From Kiritimatiellales bacterium (GTDB lineage Bacteria > Verrucomicrobiota > Kiritimatiellia > Kiritimatiellales > Pontiellaceae): 41,721 nucleotides of DNA. Below the pieces are notes generated by a model, which saw nothing but the letters and a program-made list of their open reading frames with translations, was not told where the DNA came from and ran no database searches. Positions 1 through 10,610 of this stretch are shown one piece after another (positions within the stretch are counted from its first letter, which is position 1; each line of letters starts with the position of its first letter). The position numbers and the translations under genes were made by a program. Location: NCBI GenBank assembly GCA_030621805.1, contig JAUXGY010000001.1:1-41721 (forward strand), read 5' to 3'.

Positions 1-525
1 AAGGCCAACTTCCCGGTGCGTATTGCCTTTAAGGTGACGGCAAAGGTCGACAGCCGAACGATTCTGGACCGTATGGGCGCCGACACGCTCCTCGGAAAAG
101 GCGATCTACTGTTCCTTCCTCCCGGATCAGACAAGCTGATTCGCTCGCAGGGGGCATTCGCCAGCGACGAAGAGATCAAGCGGGTCACCAACTTCTGCAA
201 GGAGCAGGGCAAGCCCGAGTTCATTGCCGAGATCCATGAGAAGATCGAGAAGAAGGATACCGATCTGCCCGATATGGACAGCGGCGAGGATGACGAGATT
301 CTCGAACAGGCGATTGAGGTGATCCGCCAAACCAAGCGCGCCTCCACCTCGTCGCTCCAGCGGCGGTTGCGCATCGGCTACACCCGCGCCGCGCGGGTAA
401 TGGACCTGCTCGAAGAGCGCGGTATGATCGGTCCGCCCGACGGCGCCGGTCCCCGAGAAATATTGATCGACCTTGACGGGGAGATTCCCCAGAACCCAGG
501 AGTGGAAAACGATGCAACAGACTAG
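1..525 (+). CDS. ftsK: DNA translocase FtsK, C-terminal part (gene starts before the window)
   Basis: RIAFKV...DSRTILD..GA..LLGKGDLL motor C-terminus, followed by the gamma domain ASTSSLQRRLRIGYTRAARVMDLLEERG. Confidence 0.97.
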   Translation, partial: KANFPVRIAFKVTAKVDSRTILDRMGADTLLGKGDLLFLPPGSDKLIRSQGAFASDEEIKRVTNFCKEQGKPEFIAEIHEKIEKKDTDLPDMDSGEDDEILEQAIEVIRQTKRASTSSLQRRLRIGYTRAARVMDLLEERGMIGPPDGAGPREILIDLDGEIPQNPGVENDATD

Positions 526-1120
526 CTTGAATATTGGAACCATTGGGCAAAAGCTCGAAACGGCCCGCCAAGCCAAAGGCGTGAGCGTCTCCGAGGCGGG
601 GCGCTCCACCAAGATCCTTTCCAAGTTTATCGAGGCGATGGAGTGCGACGATTTTGGCGTCCTCTCCGCCCCGGTCTATGCCAAGAGCTTTATCCGGATG
701 TATGCCAAGTATCTGGGGATCGAGTCTCAACCGCTGGTCGACGAATATGTGGAGCAGCATGCTCCCAAAGGCAAGCAGCTGTTGGCCGATGAGGTCCGCC
801 AGAACCTTACCCAGGTCGATCAGGTTGCAGCGGAACTCCCGAAGCCGACCACAGGGGGTGAAAAACAGGTCTTCGGTGGGGTCAACCAAGCTATTTCCAA
901 CCTTTCCGGGAGCAGAGTTCCCACAAAGACCTGGGCGATTGGTGGAGCGGGCGTGCTGTTTTTGCTCATCATCCTCTTCGCCGTCAAGAGTTGTGTTTCC
1001 GACGATGAAACCGTCCCGGCGGCCGGCGGCGCAGCGTCGGTCGGCCAGCGGCAGTTGTTGAGTGAGGGCATGCCGGATGCCTATCTCGTGAAACCCGGCG
1101 AAATCAAAGTGGATCAATAG
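512..1120 (+). CDS. RodZ-like helix-turn-helix membrane protein
   Basis: N-terminal HTH (IGQKLETARQAKG..S; VYAKSFIRMYAKYLG) and one TM segment; ftsK-rodZ-pgsA synteny; ATG at 512 overlaps the ftsK end. Confidence 0.85.
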   Translation: MQQTSLNIGTIGQKLETARQAKGVSVSEAGRSTKILSKFIEAMECDDFGVLSAPVYAKSFIRMYAKYLGIESQPLVDEYVEQHAPKGKQLLADEVRQNLTQVDQVAAELPKPTTGGEKQVFGGVNQAISNLSGSRVPTKTWAIGGAGVLFLLIILFAVKSCVSDDETVPAAGGAASVGQRQLLSEGMPDAYLVKPGEIKVDQ

Positions 1121-1129
1121 CAGCATCCT

Positions 1130-1693
1130 ATGAAAAGCCTTCCGAACCACCTAACCATTAGCCGCTTTTGGATGACCGCCGTAATGATGGTCTGCATGAG
1201 CATCGACTTTCCCTATGCCCGCATCGCCGCGCTGACGATCTTTATCATCGCCAGCATAACCGATGCGCTCGACGGCTACCTCGCCCGTAATTTCTTTGGC
1301 TGCACCTCCTTCGGCAAGCTCATGGATCCGCTGGCCGACAAGGTGCTCGTCTGCGCCGCCTTCATCGGCTTCGTCGAACTTGATAGCCTGCGTGCGTGGA
1401 TGGTGGTGCTGATTATCGCCCGCGAATTTATGGTAACCGGCATGCGCCTGCTGATGATTGAAAAAGGGATTGTGATGCCCGCCGGCCCGTGGGGCAAGGT
1501 CAAGACCACCGTGCAGATGCTCGTTATTTGCCTACTCTTCTTCGGGCTGATCTGGAAGCAAAGCTGGCTCCCGGCTCCGGGGAGCTCGTTTGCTTGGTGG
1601 CTCGGGCTCTCTGCCGCGCTGGTCACCGCCTGGTCCGGCATGGTCTACTTCTGGCAACAGCGCCACATCATTTGGGAAAAGGAAGACGCGTAA
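1130..1693 (+). CDS. pgsA: CDP-diacylglycerol--glycerol-3-phosphate 3-phosphatidyltransferase
   Basis: PNxLT start and CDP-alcohol phosphotransferase motif TDALDGYLAR...FGKLMDPLADK; hydrophobic. Confidence 0.95.
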   Translation: MKSLPNHLTISRFWMTAVMMVCMSIDFPYARIAALTIFIIASITDALDGYLARNFFGCTSFGKLMDPLADKVLVCAAFIGFVELDSLRAWMVVLIIAREFMVTGMRLLMIEKGIVMPAGPWGKVKTTVQMLVICLLFFGLIWKQSWLPAPGSSFAWWLGLSAALVTAWSGMVYFWQQRHIIWEKEDA

Positions 1694-1695
1694 AA

Positions 1696-1756
1696 GTATG
1701 TAGTTCCGCCTTTAGGCGGCCAGTCCGCAAAGCCGCCTAAAGGCGGGACTACATAC
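1696..1756. repeat. REP-like inverted doublet (GTAG family 1)
   Basis: 25-bp arms 1696-1720 and 1732-1756 with 1 mismatch and an 11-nt spacer; each arm is GTAG followed by the internal palindrome CCGCC-TTTA-GGCGG. Confidence 0.85.
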
Positions 1757-1774
1757 CGCTTCAAGGGATTTATT

Positions 1775-2305
1775 ATGGGACGCGAGAATGTTGATAACTG
1801 GCATGTAAAAAAGTGCGCCAAGGCGTGCGATGGCTGCGAAGAGGAGTTCCAAGACAAGCAGGTGCTCTACTCCCACCTCCGTTTCGACGAAGGTGAATAT
1901 ACACGGAAAGACTTCTGTAAAAAATGCCGAGAGGGGGACGGTTCTGCGCTGAGTACGTGGCAGACGCTCTTCATCGTCCCGCCGCCCCCGGCGGAAGAGG
2001 TCGTGAAAAAGGAAAACGCTGAATCGCTCCTACGTAAGCTACTGGCCAAGGAAAATGACGAAGACCTCAACGCCATATTCATCCTGACCGTCATGCTTGA
2101 ACGCAAAAAAATCCTCGTCGAGCGCGATACCCAAAAGATGGAAGACGGTCGCAAGCTGCGTATCTACGAGCACAAGAAAACCGGCGAAAGCTTTATGGTC
2201 ATCGATCCCGAACTCAAGCTCAACGAACTCGAACACGTCCAAGACGAAGTCGTCGTTCTCCTCGGCGGTCAGCCCCGCAACGCCCCACAAGAACCCGCCG
2301 ATTAA
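1775..2305 (+). CDS. Hypothetical protein with N-terminal CxxC...CxxC (putative Zn ribbon)
   Basis: 176-aa ORF co-oriented with pgsA; CDGC and CKKC pairs. Confidence 0.8.
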   Translation: MGRENVDNWHVKKCAKACDGCEEEFQDKQVLYSHLRFDEGEYTRKDFCKKCREGDGSALSTWQTLFIVPPPPAEEVVKKENAESLLRKLLAKENDEDLNAIFILTVMLERKKILVERDTQKMEDGRKLRIYEHKKTGESFMVIDPELKLNELEHVQDEVVVLLGGQPRNAPQEPAD

Positions 2306-2340
2306 AGAGAAGGTGCCAGCGAGGCTTCGTAGCAGAATTT

Positions 2341-2416
2341 TACAAAATAATTATGGACAAAATAATTCGGTGCGGACGGGGTTAAAAAAAATCATTTTGT
2401 CCCTAATCATTTTGTC
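2341..2416. repeat. MITE-like palindrome, variant copy (GACAAAATRATT units)
   Basis: Units at 2341-2352 and 2356-2367; inverted units at 2390-2401 and 2405-2416. Confidence 0.75.
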
Positions 2417-2467
2417 GAACATCTTCCTGCAGAGCTGATTTAGAAACAAATACCCTGGAGAATAACA

Positions 2468-3151
2468 ATGGAACGGACCGTTTTGATTACCGGCGCAACG
2501 CGCGGCATCGGGCGCGAGCTCGCGAAGCAATTGACGGAGCTTGGATTCCGCGTGTTTGCAACCGGGCGCGATGTGGAACTTTTGGAATCGCTGAAGGCGG
2601 AGGCGGGGTGCCTCGGGGCGGTGGCCGACCTGTCCGATCCGGAGCAGGTGGTTGGGCTCTACGCACAAGCCAAGAAGGTGCTGGGAACGGTTGATGTTTT
2701 AGTTAACAACGCCGGGTTGAACCACATCAAGGCACCCGTGGTGGAGATTGGTCTGGACGACTGGGAACTGCAATATGCCGTGAATCTGCGCGCACCCTTC
2801 CTGCTTTCTCGCGAAGCCTTGCGCGATATGGCTGAGCGCAAGCGCGGACATATCCTTAACGTCATCAGCACCATCGCTAAAACGTCGTCCCCCAACTATT
2901 CCATTTATACCACCATGAAATATGGGCTGATGGGCTTTACCCAATGCCTCATCAAAGAGGCGCGGGAAACCAACGTGAAAGTCACCGCGGTCTATCCCGG
3001 CGGCACCGACACCGACTTCCGCCCCGAGGTGCGCCCTGAATATCTCCGCGCCGAGTCCGCTGCGAAAATGATCGTCCACTGCATCACCGCACCCGACGAC
3101 GTAGTCGTCCACGACCTTACCTACCGGCCGCTGGTGGAAAGCAATTTCTAG
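2468..3151 (+). CDS. Short-chain dehydrogenase/reductase (SDR)
   Basis: TGATRGIG, DVLVNNAG and YTTMK (YxxxK) motifs; GGAG RBS. Confidence 0.95.
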   Translation: MERTVLITGATRGIGRELAKQLTELGFRVFATGRDVELLESLKAEAGCLGAVADLSDPEQVVGLYAQAKKVLGTVDVLVNNAGLNHIKAPVVEIGLDDWELQYAVNLRAPFLLSREALRDMAERKRGHILNVISTIAKTSSPNYSIYTTMKYGLMGFTQCLIKEARETNVKVTAVYPGGTDTDFRPEVRPEYLRAESAAKMIVHCITAPDDVVVHDLTYRPLVESNF

Positions 3152-3293
3152 GGAAAGGCTCTGGGTTTTAGGTAAGGTCGCTAAAGTTCTGTGGCAAAGC
3201 CCATGTCTACTACTCGAAACTCGACTGGCATCATGACGACTATTGGTGTGCCGAAAACCCAAGGCGAAATTGAGAAGGAAGACGAAGGGCAGC

Positions 3294-3379
3294 TGTAGGT
3301 GGGATCGTCGATCCCGCCCGCGTACGCAAAGCAAATAGGGTCTTAGCCGGACGCCCCGGGATCACCGATCCCGGCTGCA
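3294..3379. repeat. Degenerate REP-like inverted doublet (GTAG family 2)
   Basis: TGTAGGTGGGATCGTCGATCCCGCCC at 3294-3319 and inverted partner CCGGGATCACCGATCCCGGCTGCA at 3356-3379; a related copy lies at 30218. Confidence 0.7.
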
Positions 3380-3668
3380 ACATTCCGCCGTTCGGGATTG
3401 TCTGATGTGGTTTAGGTCCATGTCTTGAAGCAATGCCGACAATACTTCACATGTAGTTGCTCCATCAGATGCCCCGAAATCCCTGCCACCAAGATTGTTT
3501 TTTACACCGTGTTTTTCATGGGGTTGGGTTATGGGGAAGGGGGCGGAAGATACGGGCGATTCCAAATCATCGGCACAAACAAGCCGCCGTCTGGTGCAAG
3601 GTCTTGGAATACGGACTACGGGGCATTGCCCCCTTGGCTTCCGCCGCGGGTGCTGACATTATAATGCG

Positions 3669-4391
3669 CTATCTTCCACTGGCTAGGCGCAGGGCATTGC
3701 GGAAGGGGAGACCGGCGGCACGGACTTTCCGTTGGGTCGTTTCGATATCGTATTCCAGCCGCCGCAGGGTGACGGTCTGCGCTTCTAAGTCATAGATCGC
3801 ATAAGCTGTTTTTGGGTTGCGGTCGCGCGGCTGGCCCACGCTTCCGACGTTGATCAGGTATTGCTGCCCCGGGCAGATATGCAGGGTTTCGTAGAATCCC
3901 TTCTCGGTGGTCTTTCCTTTGATGAATGCCAGCGGAACATGGGTGTGGCCAAAGAAGCAGACGGGGTTGAATTGGTTTCGAAAGTTGGCGTCGGCTGCCC
4001 GCCGCTTGAAGATGTAGCTCCAGCGGTGCGGGTTGCTTAGCGAGCTGTGGACGAGGGTAAAGCTTTCCACGTCGAGAATCAGCGGAAGGTGACGGAGATA
4101 TTTTCGGTCGAACGCAGAGAGTTGCTTGCGTGTCCAGCGGATGCTCTTCTGCGCGATCGGCGTGAACAGCTCCATGGATTCGTTGCTGGCGGCAAAATAG
4201 TCGTGGTTGCCCTGGACAGTGGCACACTTGAGGTTGCGGACGATCTGGAGGCAGGCTTTCGGATCTGCATTATAGCCCACCACATCGCCGGTACTGGCAT
4301 AATGCGTTACGCCCTGTTTCTTCGCATCTTCCAGCACTGCATTGAGTGCCTCCAGATTGGCGTGGATATCTCCTAGAATAGCATACTTCAT
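3669..4391 (-). CDS. Calcineurin-like metallophosphoesterase
   Basis: GDIHAN, GDVVGY, GNHD, GHTH and NVGSVGQPRD motifs. Confidence 0.95.
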   Translation of the reverse strand: MKYAILGDIHANLEALNAVLEDAKKQGVTHYASTGDVVGYNADPKACLQIVRNLKCATVQGNHDYFAASNESMELFTPIAQKSIRWTRKQLSAFDRKYLRHLPLILDVESFTLVHSSLSNPHRWSYIFKRRAADANFRNQFNPVCFFGHTHVPLAFIKGKTTEKGFYETLHICPGQQYLINVGSVGQPRDRNPKTAYAIYDLEAQTVTLRRLEYDIETTQRKVRAAGLPFRNALRLASGR

Positions 4392-4681
4392 TAAAACGAA
4401 ATCCCAAATTGTTCATACTGGCTCGTTGCGGGCATCCAGTATATCTGTTCCTTGGTCACATACCGACCGATCCGCGCACCCTTGATGCCATGGAGAAAGT
4501 CGACAAGTTCTTGTTCCGCGCCCTCGGCCACCACCTCTACGCATCCATCCGGAAGGTTTCGGACATGGCCCGCCACAGCAAACACTTCCGCAACGCGGCA
4601 GACCGCATAACGAAAGCCAACGCTCTGAACCCGGCCGGAAAAGATAATCTTCATCTGTTTCTTGGCACCACCGGAATCCAT
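4391..4681 (-). CDS. acyP: Acylphosphatase
   Basis: GRVQSVGFR (canonical GRVQGVGFR) and GHVRNLPDGCVEVVAEG; start at 4681 or 4687. Confidence 0.88.
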   Translation of the reverse strand: MDSGGAKKQMKIIFSGRVQSVGFRYAVCRVAEVFAVAGHVRNLPDGCVEVVAEGAEQELVDFLHGIKGARIGRYVTKEQIYWMPATSQYEQFGISF

Positions 4682-4788
4682 GCACATGTTATATCGAAAA
4701 ATGATTTCTCCGCAAAGTTCCAACATAGTAAATCCACTATAGCTGAATTATCTGGATTTGAATTCGATGCAAGGGCAATGTCTATTTC

Positions 4789-5382
4789 ATGAAAACAAGT
4801 TTCGAAGAGCGGTATCAAACCGGAAACACACCATGGGATCATGGCATGCCGGATGGCCATCTGATTACGTGGGTCAAGCGGCGGCCAATTGAACCCTGCA
4901 AGGTGCTGGATATCGGTTGCGGAACCGGCGAGAATTCCATTTGGCTGGCTCAGCAGGGATTCCACACAACCGGTTGCGATCTTTCAAAAACGGCGATCGA
5001 GCAGGCGGAGGGCAAGGCGGCCTTGGTCAAGGTGGATTGCGCCTTCCATATGGCCGACTTTCTGGAAGACCACCTTCCCGGGCTGCCTTTTGGCTTTGCA
5101 TTCGATCGTGGGTGTTTGCATTGCATCGATGGCGAAGCCGATCGCCGTCGGTTTGCGCAAAACGTGGCCGACTGTTTGACCCAAGCGGGGTTGTGGCTAT
5201 CGCTGATTGGCAATGCCGATGAATCCGAACGGGAGGTGGGTCCCCCGCAACTCACCGCCGCCGAGGTGGTCGCGGCCGTCGAACCATGCTTCGAAATCCT
5301 GTCGCTCGAATCCGGGTATTTTGGATCCGACCAAGACAACCCTCCCCGCGCATGGATTTGCCTTATGCGCAAGCGCGGATAA
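4789..5382 (+). CDS. Class I SAM-dependent methyltransferase (TPMT-like)
   Basis: YQTGNTPWD, VLDIGCGTG and FDRGCLH motifs. Confidence 0.92.
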   Translation: MKTSFEERYQTGNTPWDHGMPDGHLITWVKRRPIEPCKVLDIGCGTGENSIWLAQQGFHTTGCDLSKTAIEQAEGKAALVKVDCAFHMADFLEDHLPGLPFGFAFDRGCLHCIDGEADRRRFAQNVADCLTQAGLWLSLIGNADESEREVGPPQLTAAEVVAAVEPCFEILSLESGYFGSDQDNPPRAWICLMRKRG

Positions 5383-5458
5383 AACAACTCTGAGATCTAA
5401 TGCCTTTCCTCCAGATTCGATGCGCGAACTTTGGTTCGTACACACCCTTGGAAAATGA

Positions 5459-7741
<2,283 letters not shown>

Positions 7742-7784
7742 ACGAGCAGGATTAACACCGTGGAAACCCGCAATGAAAAGGGCT

Positions 7785-8267
7785 TTATTTTTTGGCTAAT
7801 TGAACGGCGAGCGAGACAGCTTCTTGCGCGGTGCGAGCGATGTGGATTCCGGGATCGGGTTCGCCGTTGCGGTGGACTTCCCAGGTGCTTAATCCCACGA
7901 CGGGAACCTTGAGCCGCAGGGCGAAGGCGAGCTCGGAGAGGGTGCCGTATGCGCCGTGGATGGCAATGACGACATCGCACGAGCGCACAAGCAGTGCGTT
8001 GCGGTAGGCCCCCAGATCGGTGGGAATGGCAATGTCGATAAACTCGTTGGCGGCGGATTTGTCGGTGCCGGGCAGAATGCCGACGGTGCATCCGCCTTCC
8101 GCCTTTGCACCTTCAGCGGCGGCGCGCATCATACCCTCGAGCCCGCCGCAAAAGAGGGTGGCACCCGCCTGTGCAATGCACCGACCCACTTCGATACCGA
8201 GCTGGTATTGCTCGGGTGTCGTTACGTGCGGGCCGAGTACGCCGATGTGCAGGGTAGAGTTTTCCAT
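7785..8267 (-). CDS. TIGR00725-like LOG/SLOG-family nucleotide-binding protein
   Basis: CGGLEGMM..AAEGA, TVGILPG, RNALLV and GAYGTLSELAFA motifs. Confidence 0.9.
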   Translation of the reverse strand: MENSTLHIGVLGPHVTTPEQYQLGIEVGRCIAQAGATLFCGGLEGMMRAAAEGAKAEGGCTVGILPGTDKSAANEFIDIAIPTDLGAYRNALLVRSCDVVIAIHGAYGTLSELAFALRLKVPVVGLSTWEVHRNGEPDPGIHIARTAQEAVSLAVQLAKK

Positions 8268-8295
8268 GGTTGAGTCCTTTTCTACGGTTGAGAAG

Positions 8296-8344
8296 GGCAG
8301 AAAGATTGGGTGGCAGAATTATTTTTCCACGAAATCATTCTGCC
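8296..8344. repeat. MITE-like palindrome, internally deleted copy
   Basis: GGCAGAAAGATT-GGGT-GGCAGAATTATT ... AATCATTCTGCC, abutting the pcnB stop codon. Confidence 0.75.
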
Positions 8345-9552
8345 TACTTTCCTGTTGCTCGTAGATCGGTCCAGTAGGTGAGCAGCTCTTCATTGCGGTG
8401 GTGGGCTTTGGCGGAAAGTTTGAAGTAGAGGAAGGCGTCGGGGAAGCCTTTGTGTTGCAGGAAACGTTGGGGTACGCGGCCTTTGGTTTTGTGGAAGCGC
8501 AGCTGGTTGCTCATGATGTCCGAAACCTGATAGATGGCTTGCTTGGGGACACGGACATTTCCGCACATACCCTGAAGGTGCTTGTGTACCGCTTCGCGCG
8601 CAGCGTCATGCGGAGCGGTGCCAGCTTCGACGAGTTCCTTTGCGAGGAACTCGTGGTATTCGCCAAAGATGAGGGCGAAGAGTAGGGCGGGGTGGACGCG
8701 TAGCTCGGCCTTGCGCCAACGATCCATCTGCTCGAGCGTGTGGATCACCCAGTCGTGCCGGGTTTTGTCTTCATCGATCCAGTGGGAGAAGTCGTGAAAC
8801 ATGGGGTGGAGTAGGTCGGTTTTTTCCAGCCAGTGGAACACGGCTTTAGCATGGCCGCAGAAGAAGAGCTTTTGCACCTCCTCATACATGCGCGACGGGG
8901 CGGCGAGTGCGAGCTTGTCGGCGTTGCGGCAGATGGAGTCGTAGGCTTCCGGTTCGATCTCGAAGCCGAGGGTTCCAGCAAAGCGCGCTGCGCGGATCAT
9001 GCGGACGGGGTCTTCGGTGAAGCGTGTGTCGGGATCGCCGATCACACGGATGATCTTTTTTTTCAGATCTTCAAGTCCTCCAGCATAGTCGATGATGGAA
9101 AAATTGGCAATGTTGTAGAAGAGGGCGTTGATGGTGAAGTCGCGCCGGAGAGCATCCTGCTCGGGGGTGCCGAATACGTTGTCGCGCATGACCTGGCCAT
9201 CTTCGCCGGTGCGGAAGATATTGTCGGAATGCTCTCCTTCGTTTTCAGGAACGGGTGCCCGGAAAGTAGCGGTTTCGATGATTTCTCCACGGAAGAGAAT
9301 GTGGGCGAGCCGGAAGCGGCGGCCAATCAGGCGGCAGTTTCGGAACATCTTGCGGAGTTGTTCGGGGGTGGCATCGGTGGCGATATCGAAATCTTTAGGA
9401 CGTCGGTCGAGCAGGAGGTCGCGTACGCCGCCGCCAGCAATATACGCAGTATAGCCTTCATCTTTCAGGCGGTACAGAACCTTGATGGCGGCGGAACTAA
9501 TGTTCCTGCGACTCACATTGTGGTCGGAGCGCTTGAGGAGGATGGGTTCCAT
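8344..9552 (-). CDS. pcnB: Poly(A) polymerase I
   Basis: GGGVRDLL..KDFDIAT, PAP-diagnostic LIGRRFRLAHI, RRDFTINAL and EDPVRMIRA; start set at MEPILLK. Confidence 0.95.
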   Translation of the reverse strand: MEPILLKRSDHNVSRRNISSAAIKVLYRLKDEGYTAYIAGGGVRDLLLDRRPKDFDIATDATPEQLRKMFRNCRLIGRRFRLAHILFRGEIIETATFRAPVPENEGEHSDNIFRTGEDGQVMRDNVFGTPEQDALRRDFTINALFYNIANFSIIDYAGGLEDLKKKIIRVIGDPDTRFTEDPVRMIRAARFAGTLGFEIEPEAYDSICRNADKLALAAPSRMYEEVQKLFFCGHAKAVFHWLEKTDLLHPMFHDFSHWIDEDKTRHDWVIHTLEQMDRWRKAELRVHPALLFALIFGEYHEFLAKELVEAGTAPHDAAREAVHKHLQGMCGNVRVPKQAIYQVSDIMSNQLRFHKTKGRVPQRFLQHKGFPDAFLYFKLSAKAHHRNEELLTYWTDLRATGK

Positions 9553-9559
9553 GGGCGGG

Positions 9560-9931
9560 TTAGTCGTCCAGGTGTTCCTCAATCCACCGTAGGATGGCAT
9601 CGACGATCTTGTTGACCTGCGCCTCGGTGAGTTCCTTGCCTTTCTTGATCCCAAAGAATTGTTCGAGGCTATCGCGGTCATTGCAACCCGTAGCGTGCTG
9701 GGCAATGAAAACGGGGTGGCCTTTGGTCGGGGTTTGACGCCCGTCATTCTTTGGGTTTTCCGGGGCGAGGCGCTTATTTACAAAGTCGGTGGCGTGTAGG
9801 CGTAGAATATCCATTCCACGCGAGGTGACGTATTCCTGCTCGGGTTCACCGAGAACGAATTTGTCAAGCCGTCCATCCTTCGCCAGTTTCTTTTTGAGAG
9901 CTGTCCAATCCTTGCCTGATAATTTTGCCAC
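9560..9931 (-). CDS. DUF4186-family protein
   Basis: RLAPENPKNDGRQTP..GHPVFIAQHAT signature; GTG start with GAGGA RBS. Confidence 0.85.
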   Translation of the reverse strand: MAKLSGKDWTALKKKLAKDGRLDKFVLGEPEQEYVTSRGMDILRLHATDFVNKRLAPENPKNDGRQTPTKGHPVFIAQHATGCNDRDSLEQFFGIKKGKELTEAQVNKIVDAILRWIEEHLDD

Positions 9932-10027
9932 AACTAATTCCTCATCCTAAGGGTTCCTACATAACTGAAGAGAGTCTAGGCTACCTAGAGGAGTTGCGCA
10001 AGCCCTAGCTAGCGAAAAATACTAGAT

Positions 10028-10320
10028 TTATATATGGAGCCATCCCAGTGTCGATATGGGGTTTAAATCCTTTTCATGGATGAGCTCGCGCATTTCGGAA
10101 TGCCCAATGATTTCATGGAGTGTTCCGTGGTCGGCGATGCGTCCGTTTTTCATCAATACAATCTGGTCGCTGAGCTGCAGGATTTTGGAGAGGTCGAGTA
10201 GGGGCTCGATTCCGGTAAATTCGATCACCTGTTGCTCGGTGTAGGGCGTTTTTCCAGTAGGGTTTCCTTTGCCGGTATGCAGGTGTTTAAGCACGAACCA
10301 GTGTGGGCTTCATCAAGCTT
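10028..10320 (-). pseudogene. Degraded ABC-ATPase C-terminal fragment, possibly ModC-like
   Basis: DLSKILQLSDQIVLMKNGRIADHG resembles the region after the H-loop of ABC ATPases; no Walker A or signature motif; an LDEA (Walker B-like) string lies upstream in another frame. Confidence 0.45.
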
Positions 10321-10610
10321 TTCTTTATTTACAACCCCCTTTGTAATGCCTTGTTTGTGATTACTTTGCGCCGCTCAGTGCGACTTGTATGGGGCTAAAA
10401 CAACGGGTTTTCTATTTAGATTTTATATAAATTAGGCAGAGCTAACTTTCGCGTATACGTAAAAACCCTTTAAAAAGTGATGGATATAGTCATGTATACT
10501 GAGTCGCTCAAAAAAACACAATTTACACAGATACTTGATCATCATACTCTCGTCTATAGGTGGGCAACAGGTTTCAGTAGTGGCCTTAGATGCATACGGG
10601 TGTTTTGATT

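Noticed and set aside
3542-3648. tRNA-Sec (selC), suggested by GGAAG...CTTCCGCC ends
   Set aside because: No TTCRA T-loop, no paired UCA anticodon arm and no CCA end on either strand.
3152-3668. Small ORFs in the SDR/metallophosphoesterase gap
   Set aside because: No motifs or convincing starts; the region is better explained by repeats and hairpins.
9553-9747. N-terminal extension of pcnB
   Set aside because: Overlaps the DUF4186 gene in another frame; PcnB similarity begins at MEPILLK (9552).
10535-10548. FNR box upstream of the cluster
   Set aside because: Only the TTGAT half-site is present; the other half reads ATACT instead of ATCAA.
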